Source of the DNA: Promethearchaeota archaeon
GTDB lineage: Archaea > Asgardarchaeota > Lokiarchaeia > Sigyniarchaeales > SOKP01
Assembly (NCBI GenBank): GCA_029838195.1
Contig: JALGVJ010000017.1
Span: forward strand, 96,001-160,000
Direction of reading: 5' to 3'
Length of the DNA: 64,000 nucleotides
The first letter of the stretch is position 1. Every line of letters starts with the position of its first letter. The translations under genes were made by a program, and so were the position numbers. Shown here piece after piece: positions 21,157-30,271 of this stretch. The notes under the pieces were generated by a model that saw nothing but the letters and a program-made list of their open reading frames with translations, did not search any database and was not told where the DNA came from.

Positions 21157-22674
21157 TTAGGTCAAGGCTATTCTTTTCGGATATATGCTCTGGGCTTGAA
21201 GATTCTCGTGGAGTAGACGTTCAATCATTTGATTACGTAATTTCGGTTTAGATTCCCATAAATTCTGTAATTCATTAGGATCATCTTTTCTATCAAACAA
21301 ATCTCCATAACCATTTAATCCCGCATAGACAGTTAATTTATGTTTTTCAGTGATTAAATGCCTTAAACGCACATTTATACCAAAATTAAACAATTCTTCA
21401 TCATGTTCAACCAAACATGCTTCCCTAATAGTTTCTTGTGAATCTTGTAAAATCGGTGTCATATCACGCCCTTGCATTCCATAAGGCTGTTCTTTTCGCT
21501 TAATTCCCACCAGCTCCAAAATAGTTTTTGGAATGTCGATTGAGCTAACTAAAGAATCCGTGTGAGTTCCCTTAGTCATTCCGGGCACTTTCCATATTAA
21601 AGGAACTCTTAAAATTCCATCAAAAGGACAAGGTCCTTTTAAAATTAATCCATGGTCACCCATCATGTCCCCATGATCACTGGTATAAATTACCATAGTG
21701 TTTTTATCCAATCCAAATTTTTCCAATGCCGCTAAGATCTGACCCACTCCATAATCCACCATTGCAACTGATCCATAAGTTCTAGCTATGAATTCCTTAA
21801 CCACCTTCTCCGGCTCAGTCCGTAATACCATTCCCCGAAAAAAGGCATTGTCCAAAAGATCTCCCAAAAAAGGATGATTTTTTAAATTTTCTTGATCCTT
21901 ATAACTTTCGGGAAGTTCAATCTTATTTGGGTCATACATATCCCAGTACTTGCCAGGCGGACTGACAGGGTGATGCGGATCTGGAAAAGAACAATGGAGA
22001 TAAAATGGTTTGTCTCCATGCTCACCGTTGACGTGATCTTTCAGATAGGATATAGTTCGTTCGGTTATATAGGTTGTAGGATATAGTTCCTCCGGTATGG
22101 GTGATTCACAATGCGTTTTGTTAAAAAATGCTTTTGCTCTTTTCCTAATAATGGGTAAATATTGTGGTGCCCTTTCTTCTAGCCAATCAAGATAATGCCC
22201 ACAACAAACATCTCCATGGCCCAAAACCATCTCAACATCTTCAAACCCATAATAAGGACGGGGAAGATTCTTGTCCATTTTATATCGCCATTTTTCGGAG
22301 AACCAATGATTAACGCTCTCGTAAGAATAGGCGGATTTTTCAAATTTTTGAGCCCAAAATTGTAAGTGCATCTTTCCAATAGCATGAGTATGATATCCAT
22401 TATTATATAAAATTTGTGAAATAGTAGGCACGTTCTCCGGCAAGTTAATGCCATTACTCCTTACGCCGTGCATGTTTGGATATAATCCTGTTAGCAAGCT
22501 TGCTCTGTTTGGAGAGCATATAGGATTAGCACAATAAGCTGAAGTAAAATGCACTCCTTGATCTGCTAATTTGTCCAGATTGGGAGTCTTCAAGACAGAA
22601 TTTCCCGCACAACTCATGTGGTCAGCTCGATGCTGATCCGTCATGATAAATAACACGTTCATTTTCTCGCTCAT
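21157..22674 (-). CDS. Formylglycine-dependent sulfatase (S1), paralog 1
   Basis: 'NVLFIMTDQHR', CSPNRASLLTG, GKMH, 'DPHHP', 'TSDHG'. Confidence 0.93.
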   Translation of the reverse strand: MSEKMNVLFIMTDQHRADHMSCAGNSVLKTPNLDKLADQGVHFTSAYCANPICSPNRASLLTGLYPNMHGVRSNGINLPENVPTISQILYNNGYHTHAIGKMHLQFWAQKFEKSAYSYESVNHWFSEKWRYKMDKNLPRPYYGFEDVEMVLGHGDVCCGHYLDWLEERAPQYLPIIRKRAKAFFNKTHCESPIPEELYPTTYITERTISYLKDHVNGEHGDKPFYLHCSFPDPHHPVSPPGKYWDMYDPNKIELPESYKDQENLKNHPFLGDLLDNAFFRGMVLRTEPEKVVKEFIARTYGSVAMVDYGVGQILAALEKFGLDKNTMVIYTSDHGDMMGDHGLILKGPCPFDGILRVPLIWKVPGMTKGTHTDSLVSSIDIPKTILELVGIKRKEQPYGMQGRDMTPILQDSQETIREACLVEHDEELFNFGINVRLRHLITEKHKLTVYAGLNGYGDLFDRKDDPNELQNLWESKPKLRNQMIERLLHENLQAQSIYPKRIALT

Positions 22675-22694
22675 TTTTAGTTAAGCACCTTTTT

Positions 22695-23798
22695 TCAATT
22701 CCGCTTTCTTTTTTTTAAACCACGTTTATAGTTATAATCATACAATCGCATGTGTTTCGGATCCATAGATTGAAACACTTTTTCTGCTTCCTCAGGAGGT
22801 AAAATTAATATTTCTCCATTTTCTTTTTGAATTACGCAGCCAGAGTTCGTTAGGATTTTATAATTTTTAGCCGTTTCTTTGGGATCTCCAAAGCAAATAT
22901 TACTGCAGTTTCCACATGAGATTTGAATATCATAACCAAGATCAACTGATACGTTAAATCCTTTGGAGCCATCGGGAATCTGTGGCCATTTTCCTTTTGT
23001 CATAGAAGAATGTACTAACAATCGAGTTACCTCATCCTCATCTTCGGGATATTCAAATCTGCCGGGACTCCACGTAGAAAACTTTCCGCTGTGATGCAAG
23101 CCAGTTAATCCCATACATCCAATGATACACCTTCTAATATCAATGCGTTTCGCATAAGAATATTCACGTCCTCCCATCTTAAAGGTAAAAGCCTCTTTAT
23201 CAGAAAACATTTTCAGAGGACAGACCCGTGCGCATAATTTGCAATCATTACAAAATGATTCTTCTTCGGGGATGGGGTCCGACGGTTCCAGTACCGCATC
23301 TGTCACCACTGCTCCTAATAGAATAGTAGTACCATAGTCTTTAATTCCGACATTGCCACTCCATCCAAATGAGCCGACACCAGATGCCACGGCCACATAA
23401 CGGAGGCATAATTCTGGTACAACTTTTAATCTCCAACCCGGAATATCTTCCCTAAATTTATTATTCGGGAAGAATGCCGCCCCTTTAAACCCCTTTTTTT
23501 GTAGCAATACAACCAATTCTTTTTCTATTCTCCAAATCCGTATATATAGGTCAAACATATGTTTTTCAAAATTAGACCTACCATTCGGTAATTTCTTAGC
23601 TAAATAAGCTCTAATGAGTTTTTTGTCTAAAGGCATGGCGAAGCTAATAGCTGATTTAGCTTCGGGCAGCTTATAGGTTATATCCGTGATATCCGGAACT
23701 CCCGCAAGAGTTTGCTGATTAGCAAAACCAACTCTAATTGCACCTCTTTCACGTAAAAATTGTTCTATTTCCTTGTTTAAACTAATGGTTCTCACCAA
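22695..23798 (-). CDS. QueG/RdhA-superfamily cobalamin/4Fe-4S reductase, paralog A
   Basis: 'GA..VGFA', 'LPEAKSAISF', 'AVASGVGSFGWSGN', CNDCKLCARVCP, C...C, CGNCSNIC; no Tat signal. Confidence 0.85.
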   Translation of the reverse strand: MVRTISLNKEIEQFLRERGAIRVGFANQQTLAGVPDITDITYKLPEAKSAISFAMPLDKKLIRAYLAKKLPNGRSNFEKHMFDLYIRIWRIEKELVVLLQKKGFKGAAFFPNNKFREDIPGWRLKVVPELCLRYVAVASGVGSFGWSGNVGIKDYGTTILLGAVVTDAVLEPSDPIPEEESFCNDCKLCARVCPLKMFSDKEAFTFKMGGREYSYAKRIDIRRCIIGCMGLTGLHHSGKFSTWSPGRFEYPEDEDEVTRLLVHSSMTKGKWPQIPDGSKGFNVSVDLGYDIQISCGNCSNICFGDPKETAKNYKILTNSGCVIQKENGEILILPPEEAEKVFQSMDPKHMRLYDYNYKRGLKKRKRN

Positions 23799-23891
23799 TT
23801 CTATAATTTTACCTTGAAGTTTAAATTAAAGATTATTATTATAGAGATTAAATATATATAGGAATCGAATCTATTTATAAATTAATGTTTG

Positions 23892-23911
23892 GAGATTATC
23901 ACCAGTGAATA
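23892..23911. promoter_or_regulatory. Candidate operator between the two divergent QueG/RdhA-like genes
   Basis: gagattatcac (reverse complement GTGATAATCTC), extending into ttatcaccagtgaata. Confidence 0.6.
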
Positions 23912-23930
23912 AGGAAATATAGAATTTAAA

Positions 23931-25079
23931 ATGACTGAAAATAACTCTATTTCATTAGAAGATCAAATCAAGAGTTTAGCACTAAAAGAAGGAGCAGATT
24001 TAGTTGGAATTTGTGAAGCTGCTCCGCTAAGCAATAAGATTTTTTCAGATGCGAGTTTTTTACTAAAAGATGCTCAATCTATTATAAGCATCGCGATATC
24101 TCAAGACCAAAAAAGCATTGAAAAATATCTTTCAAAGCAAGATCGAGCAGATTTTTGCATTAAGGCTGATGAGATTACACAAAAATTACGAGCGATTGGT
24201 GAGAAAATTAAGATCTTATTAGAACAAGAAGGATTTAATGCTTTTAACTGCAATATTAACTTCGATTATAGAAATGCCAATCGCAATCCGACAACCTATA
24301 AAGCATTGGATACCCTTGTTTCCCTCATAGACAAGGAAAAATCGGGTGCGGAATTATCTCATAGTGAGAAGAAAACCTTGAGTGCATTAAAGAAGATGCT
24401 TAAAATCGGGATAAGAAAAAATCCCATTGATTTTGTTCCTGAATTCTCTCACCGTTGTGCTGCTGAAGCTGCAGGATTAGGAAGAATAGGGTGGAGCGGA
24501 AATTTGATAACGGAAAAATATGGGGCACGAGTCATGCTGACTTCCGTGATAACGAATGCCACACTCATGCCGGATAAACCCTTAGAAAAAAATCCTTGTC
24601 TAATGTGCAAATTATGCGAAAAAGCATGTCAAGGAGGTTTTTTTGATAAAAAGGAAGAAGAGTGCATTCAAATTGCTAATATGGAAGAGAAAATTGGTAA
24701 AAGAAAATCTTATTCATATTGTGCGGTGATTTGTGGGGGATTTATTGGTCAAAATCGATTTAAAGAGTGGAGCACCTGGAGCCCTTATCGATTTAAAAGT
24801 TATGGTCTTGAAACCATCGATCAATTACCCAATGATGATTCTGTCGATGATATTTACTTGGATATTATGGAAAGGGCGATTCTAGAAGGTGGTAGGAAAG
24901 CTCAAAATGTCTTGAAATTAAATAGAACAATTCTGGTAGGATTACATAACAAGCCAAAAGAAGATTGGATCCCTACGTGTGCCAATTGCCAAATCATCTG
25001 CGGTCCCACCATGCAAGAAAAGAAGAAAAGCCTTAATTTACTCATAAATGGGGGCAATATTGAAGATGGAGATATATGA
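23931..25079 (+). CDS. QueG/RdhA-superfamily cobalamin/4Fe-4S reductase, paralog B
   Basis: 'GADLVGI', 'FSHRCAAEAAGLGRIGWSGNLITEKYGARV', CLMCKLCEKAC, CANCQIIC. Confidence 0.85.
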   Translation: MTENNSISLEDQIKSLALKEGADLVGICEAAPLSNKIFSDASFLLKDAQSIISIAISQDQKSIEKYLSKQDRADFCIKADEITQKLRAIGEKIKILLEQEGFNAFNCNINFDYRNANRNPTTYKALDTLVSLIDKEKSGAELSHSEKKTLSALKKMLKIGIRKNPIDFVPEFSHRCAAEAAGLGRIGWSGNLITEKYGARVMLTSVITNATLMPDKPLEKNPCLMCKLCEKACQGGFFDKKEEECIQIANMEEKIGKRKSYSYCAVICGGFIGQNRFKEWSTWSPYRFKSYGLETIDQLPNDDSVDDIYLDIMERAILEGGRKAQNVLKLNRTILVGLHNKPKEDWIPTCANCQIICGPTMQEKKKSLNLLINGGNIEDGDI

Positions 25080-25206
25080 TTTAATTTATAGCGTAATCTT
25101 GAAGTTAATCATAAAATCACATGTCGCTATTCCCTGGTTGGTATCTATTCGAAAAATTTAAAAATTATTTATTAGTAATAATCTTTAAAAATTAAAAAGT
25201 GATCAA

Positions 25207-26499
25207 ATGTCAGGGCGAGAAGGCAGTTCAAAAAAATTGACAAGGTCTTATTTTCTTTATATGGTATTTATTCTAATTCTGGTCCAGGTTTTAGATTCCT
25301 ATACTACTTCCTTTCCTACACTCATTCCCTCTCGTATCATAGAAGAATTTTTATCCGGATATCCTGAAAACATTGCTTTATCCTTATTTACACTCAGTAC
25401 GGGGATAGGTACTATGGGCATGTACATTTGTGCATTGAACACGTATTTTTCTGATAAATTTGGAAGGAAAGTGATGCTAGTTGTAACGATTTTCGGAATG
25501 GCTGGAATCCTTTTTTTAATGAATTTCAGTACCAGCATTATAGATTTCACGATATATTTATTTTTTCTATGGTTCTTCACACGGTCGGATATATGGATGA
25601 TTTTTATCAGTGAAGAGGCCCCGAAAGAGAAGCGAGCTTTCTGGATGCAAGTTATTTTAATTGGAGGAACCGTGGGTGCTATCCTTGGTCCTATATTGCG
25701 TTCTGTATACATAACTGAGACGTCCTCAAATTGGAGAGGTCTTACCTATTTTCCGATTGTCTTTGGAGTCATTTTAGGAGTAATCGCTTTACTGACGCTA
25801 AAAGAACCGAAAATCTTTCAAGAAGATGTGGGAAACAAGTTATCCGGCGGAACTTCAATTTCTTTAAGAAAAAATGTGAAATCCTTGCTAAAAGCCCCGA
25901 ATAAAAAAGAATTAATTGCCCTCTTAATAATGAGTTTTGTTTTAGGAACTAATTCCATCTTTAGAAATTTAATGGAGCCTTATATCTTTGGGGAAGGAAT
26001 TTTAAATGAAGTACAAATTAGTTTAGTAATTCTCGGAGCCACTCTTGCTGTTTATATAGCATTTCTCTTGATTGGTGTCCTTGCAGACAGAATTGGCAGG
26101 ATTCCGCTTCTATATCTTGGTTCAGTTTTAGTACCCATTTCACAAGTTTTATTTGTTATCGGGAGCACGATCCCTGAAATTGCTTTATTTAGCGGATTAT
26201 TGTTCGGAGGACTTTCAGCCTTAGGGTATTGGTTGTCATGGATTGTAGTTTCCATGGTGATTCTGGAAGTCGTCCCCACGGACTCCAGAGGGACAGGAGC
26301 GGGCCTAAAATCTCTTTTCGGGGCAGCAGGAATAACTTTAGGTTTCTTTTTTACGAGCTTGTTTACCTATTTATTTGGACTAGGTTTGGCCGTTATCATC
26401 ATTAGCTTATCTGTTGGTTTAAACATTCCGTTAATTTATTTCTACGTAAAAGAAACTAAAGGAACGGATCTAAGAGATGTTTATGGACTAAAATTTTAA
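25207..26499 (+). CDS. MFS transporter
   Basis: 12 TM; 'SDKFGRK', 'ADRIGR', 'SEEAP.EKR', 'EVVPTDSRG', 'KETKG'. Confidence 0.9.
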   Translation: MSGREGSSKKLTRSYFLYMVFILILVQVLDSYTTSFPTLIPSRIIEEFLSGYPENIALSLFTLSTGIGTMGMYICALNTYFSDKFGRKVMLVVTIFGMAGILFLMNFSTSIIDFTIYLFFLWFFTRSDIWMIFISEEAPKEKRAFWMQVILIGGTVGAILGPILRSVYITETSSNWRGLTYFPIVFGVILGVIALLTLKEPKIFQEDVGNKLSGGTSISLRKNVKSLLKAPNKKELIALLIMSFVLGTNSIFRNLMEPYIFGEGILNEVQISLVILGATLAVYIAFLLIGVLADRIGRIPLLYLGSVLVPISQVLFVIGSTIPEIALFSGLLFGGLSALGYWLSWIVVSMVILEVVPTDSRGTGAGLKSLFGAAGITLGFFFTSLFTYLFGLGLAVIIISLSVGLNIPLIYFYVKETKGTDLRDVYGLKF

Positions 26500-26557
26500 T
26501 TATAAAAATTTTTTTTTTAATTGAGAAATGGGAGTCTATTTTTAATTGACGGATAAA

Positions 26558-26800
26558 TTACATTTTTAAAAATATTGATACAATATCACCGTCCGTTAAA
26601 GGCTGGTCCCCATCTCTAAATTTCTGACCAGGATGTTTTGCCGTATCTCCCCATATCATTGCGAAACGGAATTGATTTATAAAATCCTTGTGCAAGCGCT
26701 TGCAAAGCGATTTGAGAGTGTCTCCCTCACGCATTATAATTGGCTCTTTCATATCAGCTTCCTCTTTGGGTGGTTTTAAATACATTTTTATTAAGTTCAG
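26558..26800 (-). pseudogene. Isolated C-terminal TGS domain of a DRG/OBG-family GTPase
   Basis: 'LNLIKMYLKPP....EP.I...G.T...C..LHKDF..QFRFA.IWG..AKHPGQ...L.DGDIV'; no G-domain upstream. Confidence 0.75.
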
Positions 26801-26872
26801 TTTAGGTCCAAATCAACAACCCATCCCCGCAACTGTTAAAGAAGTTAAAGAAGTTGTAGTATTAGATTTTTC
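26800..26872 (+). pseudogene. Possible internal fragment of an FKBP/SlyD-type PPIase
   Basis: GPNQQPIPATVKEVKEVVVLDF resembles the SlyD segment before NHPLAG, which is absent here. Confidence 0.4.
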
Positions 26873-26945
26873 AAAAGGGATATTCTTATTAGTTTTATAA
26901 AGTAAGAATAAATGTTAATTAATCGCATTTTCAGTGAATCTTAAA

Positions 26946-28451
26946 TTAGTTATAAGCACAGCGTTCTGGGTATTTAGGTTGAAGTTTAATGATTTCTCTA
27001 AGAAGTTGGTTGGTTAATTGGTTTTTTAATTCTTTATTCTCCCCCCATAAATTATTAACTTCTTGGGGTTCATTTTCATAGTCATAGATATCTCCAAAAG
27101 TATCCAAACCATCATATATGGACAAACGATGTTGTTCGGTTATCAAGGTTCGAACCCGGAATCTTTTGTCCTTCCAAATCTCTTCATCGTGTTCTATTAA
27201 TACCTTGTCCCGCACCTTTTTATTCGGATTTTTTAAGATTGATGAAACATCCTCTCCTTGCATTCGTTTGAGGTATTTTTTCTTACCTAATCCTAATAGG
27301 TTCAAGATGGTAACTGGTAAGTCCACGGTACTTATTAGGGAATTAGAAATTCCCGTGTGGGTTAACCCGGGTATTTTCCATAATAAAGGCATATTAATCA
27401 CGCTCCGATAATGAGCAGGACCCTTTAAAACTAAACCATGATCGCCACAATAATCTCCATGATCGCTTGTATAAATTACCATCGTGTTTTTTGAAAGCCC
27501 TGTTTTTTCCAAGGCGTTTAAAATTTTTCCTACCGCATCATCAATCATGGCAATGGAACCATAAGTATAGGCCGTAAATTTTTTTGCTGTTTGCTCATCC
27601 ACTTTCTGAGGAAGAAGATGGACAAACCGAGAATCTTTTAAATGTTCTCCTAAAAAGGGATGATTTAACAAGTTCTCAGCATCTTCAAAATTATCTGGAA
27701 GCTTAATATCTTCGGGATTGTACAAGATCCTATACTTGCCGGGAGGACAAACGGGATGATGTGGGTCATTAAAAGAGCAATGCAAAAAGAAAGGTTTATC
27801 CCCATTATTGCCCTCAGCATATCCTTCGAGGTATTCAACCGTCCGATCGGCAATATAAGAAGTCGGATATAATTCTTCTGATAGGTCTGTATCATATGTC
27901 AAATCATTTATTACTCGTATATTTTTTTTCAACCATTCGACAAATTGAGGATCTCTCTCTTTTATCCATTCAATATAATGACCAGTACAAACCACTCCAT
28001 GCCCCGTGGTAAGCGCAGAACACTCTTCAAATCCATAATATGGATTCGGAAAATTTTTAGAATTTAATGTACCGTACAACCATTCAAAAAGATTTTCATA
28101 TGATATAACCCCTTTCTTTTGAGGATTTGCATAAAAATTAAAATGCATTTTCCCCACACTACAAGTGTGATATCCGTTTTCTCTTAAGATTTCCGAGAGA
28201 GTTGGAATGGTTGGATCCAAATTAATTCCATTTGAGCGTGTTTTGTGAACACTTGGATACATCCCGGTAAAGAAACTCGCTCTATTAGGCATGCAAATAG
28301 GAGTGGCACTAAAATATTTAGTAAAAATCATACCATCCTTGGCAATACTGTCAATATTTGGCGTCTTTAAAAAAGAGTGCCCTCTGCAACTTAAATGATC
28401 AGCACGCTGCTGGTCTGTTATTATGAATAACACGTTCATTTTCTCGCTCAT
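26946..28451 (-). CDS. Formylglycine-dependent sulfatase (S1), paralog 2
   Basis: 'NVLFIITDQQR', CMPNRASFFTG, GKMH, 'DPHHP', 'TSDHG'; same N-terminus MSEKMNVLFI as paralog 1. Confidence 0.93.
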   Translation of the reverse strand: MSEKMNVLFIITDQQRADHLSCRGHSFLKTPNIDSIAKDGMIFTKYFSATPICMPNRASFFTGMYPSVHKTRSNGINLDPTIPTLSEILRENGYHTCSVGKMHFNFYANPQKKGVISYENLFEWLYGTLNSKNFPNPYYGFEECSALTTGHGVVCTGHYIEWIKERDPQFVEWLKKNIRVINDLTYDTDLSEELYPTSYIADRTVEYLEGYAEGNNGDKPFFLHCSFNDPHHPVCPPGKYRILYNPEDIKLPDNFEDAENLLNHPFLGEHLKDSRFVHLLPQKVDEQTAKKFTAYTYGSIAMIDDAVGKILNALEKTGLSKNTMVIYTSDHGDYCGDHGLVLKGPAHYRSVINMPLLWKIPGLTHTGISNSLISTVDLPVTILNLLGLGKKKYLKRMQGEDVSSILKNPNKKVRDKVLIEHDEEIWKDKRFRVRTLITEQHRLSIYDGLDTFGDIYDYENEPQEVNNLWGENKELKNQLTNQLLREIIKLQPKYPERCAYN

Positions 28452-28552
28452 TTTTATTAGGAAAATTGTTTTCTATTCTTTTTACATTTAAAGGAGAATA
28501 TGAAATTCTTGTCAATTAGAAAACTTCATAATTAATAAGTTTTTATACGGTA

Positions 28553-28619
28553 GTGATAATCATCATTAGCATAACACGAAAAATATGATGGTTAAGACTC
28601 TATTATATGTGATAATCAC
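28553..28619. promoter_or_regulatory. Two candidate operators between sulfatase 2 and regulator 2
   Basis: GTGATAATCAT at 28553-28563 and perfect GTGAT-A-ATCAC at 28609-28619. Confidence 0.6.
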
Positions 28620-28680
28620 CATTATTTTTTAGAAATAGAAGATCTCCATATAAATGGAATTGTACTAAATAGGTATTATC

Positions 28681-29370
28681 TTGACTAGTTCAACAGAAAA
28701 AAAAGGGAAAGGAACCAATTGGAAAAAAGAAATCCTTGAATTTCTTAACAAGAATCCTTCAGGATATACCATCACAGATATTGCAAAAGGAATTAAATCC
28801 ACCCGGATTACTGTCTCGAAGTATCTTTCCTTGCTGAAGAATGAGAAAAAGGTGATCTCCAAAGATATTGGCGTATACAAACTTTATTTTAGCAAAGATA
28901 GAAAGTTTATCGACTTGGGATTGGTTCGGTCTTTCTACAAAGCTTTTTTAAGCGGAATAAAATCTAAAATAACTCGTGTACAAGAATATAAGGAGTTAGG
29001 CCATTTTATTTCTGATTCCATGTTTAAATACATCATTGAAGTGTATCCCGAAAGTTTGAGAAAACAAATCACATCGTTCAAGGATTTCTTGCAATTCTTT
29101 AGCAAAATGTATCCATATCATGACTTTCTTTATACTAATGACCTGATTATAGAGGAGAATTTGGACCTTGCGAATGAAAAGGGTGTTTACAAGTTAAGTA
29201 ATGTTGAAATTCTCGATATATCGGACAATTTCAAACTTCATTTTTACATATTATCAGGAATTTTTGAACACACGCTTTCCAAGATTTTTAGACGGAAACC
29301 AATTGTCTGTAATATTGAAAAGATTGATAAAAAAAAGAAAGAAGTCGTGATCTCGCTACAACGAAAGTAA
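28681..29370 (+). CDS. Transcriptional regulator, winged HTH plus V4R-like domain (paralog 2)
   Basis: Collinear with 19200-19898; near-identical HTH (STRITVSKYLSLL vs STRTTVSKYLSLL); TTG start. Confidence 0.8.
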   Translation: MTSSTEKKGKGTNWKKEILEFLNKNPSGYTITDIAKGIKSTRITVSKYLSLLKNEKKVISKDIGVYKLYFSKDRKFIDLGLVRSFYKAFLSGIKSKITRVQEYKELGHFISDSMFKYIIEVYPESLRKQITSFKDFLQFFSKMYPYHDFLYTNDLIIEENLDLANEKGVYKLSNVEILDISDNFKLHFYILSGIFEHTLSKIFRRKPIVCNIEKIDKKKKEVVISLQRK

Positions 29371-30000
29371 TTAATTTCTAATTAAATCAAAAAGAATCTT
29401 AATGGTAAGTTTTAGCCCTAAATTTATTATATTATAAAAAAAGATTCCACATCCTTTTTATAATGAAGGCTGGAACTCTGTCCTATAATATCTGATATTT
29501 GGACATTATCTCCTTCTAAAAGGCTAAGGAGCAATAAGAATTATAATGTTTGGAATCCAATATATTTTCTTTTTAAAAAATCTTTTTTTAGTCTATTTCA
29601 ATTTTGAATATGGAAAAATCATAGTTTTTCTAAAATTCCCATTATGAACATCACTACTTCTTTTGTCTGTCAATAAAATTTCGGTTTTTAATCTTTTACA
29701 TAATGATTACAGAGAAAAAAACTTAAATAAAATTTTCTTACAAGAAGCGAAATGCTTATCAGAATTCCCATAATACTGGAAATGAAAAAAGGAATTAAAG
29801 AAAAAATTCCTTGCGAACTAAAGTTCGCTTCTAATCACTAAAATTTTTTCCTTTAATTATAAGATGGATTATATCAAGGGAAAAAAAAAATAAAAAATAA
29901 AATTTATTTGGTGATTGAAGCTTAAATTAGATTATAAAATTATATTCACTCTAGATCTTCTAACTCCTCTTGCATGAGTCCAAGAACTTCTCCAAAGGCA

Positions 30001-30253
30001 ATTAATTCCTAAAAGTACAGATCCGTCCGTATTGCGAAGAATAGAGCAATGAAAAAGAGAAATGAAAAAGAGACACATGTTTTTTGAAGAAACGTGCATT
30101 ATTACCTCTTCGGTAAGAGAAGGAATAAAGTTGAACGTGGACATGGGTTCATGAAACCTTACATTTTTAAGAAAAAATTTTCATTAAAATACATGACTCA
30201 TGTCATTTGAGATAAGTTCATGCTCATATAAGAATTAAATAGATAATATAAAA
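30001..30253. repeat. 253-bp direct repeat, right copy (osmC 3' pseudogene fragment)
   Basis: Offset exactly 15,500 nt from the left copy; Cys codon TGC changed to TGA at 30050-30052. Confidence 0.95.
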
Positions 30254-30271
30254 ACATGCCGAAGAGGATTC

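Noticed and set aside
30050-30052. TGC to TGA at a Cys codon in the second osmC copy, as possible selenocysteine
   Set aside because: The copy lacks the 5' two-thirds of the gene, has a deletion at its left edge, and no SECIS-like hairpin was seen downstream; simple nonsense decay
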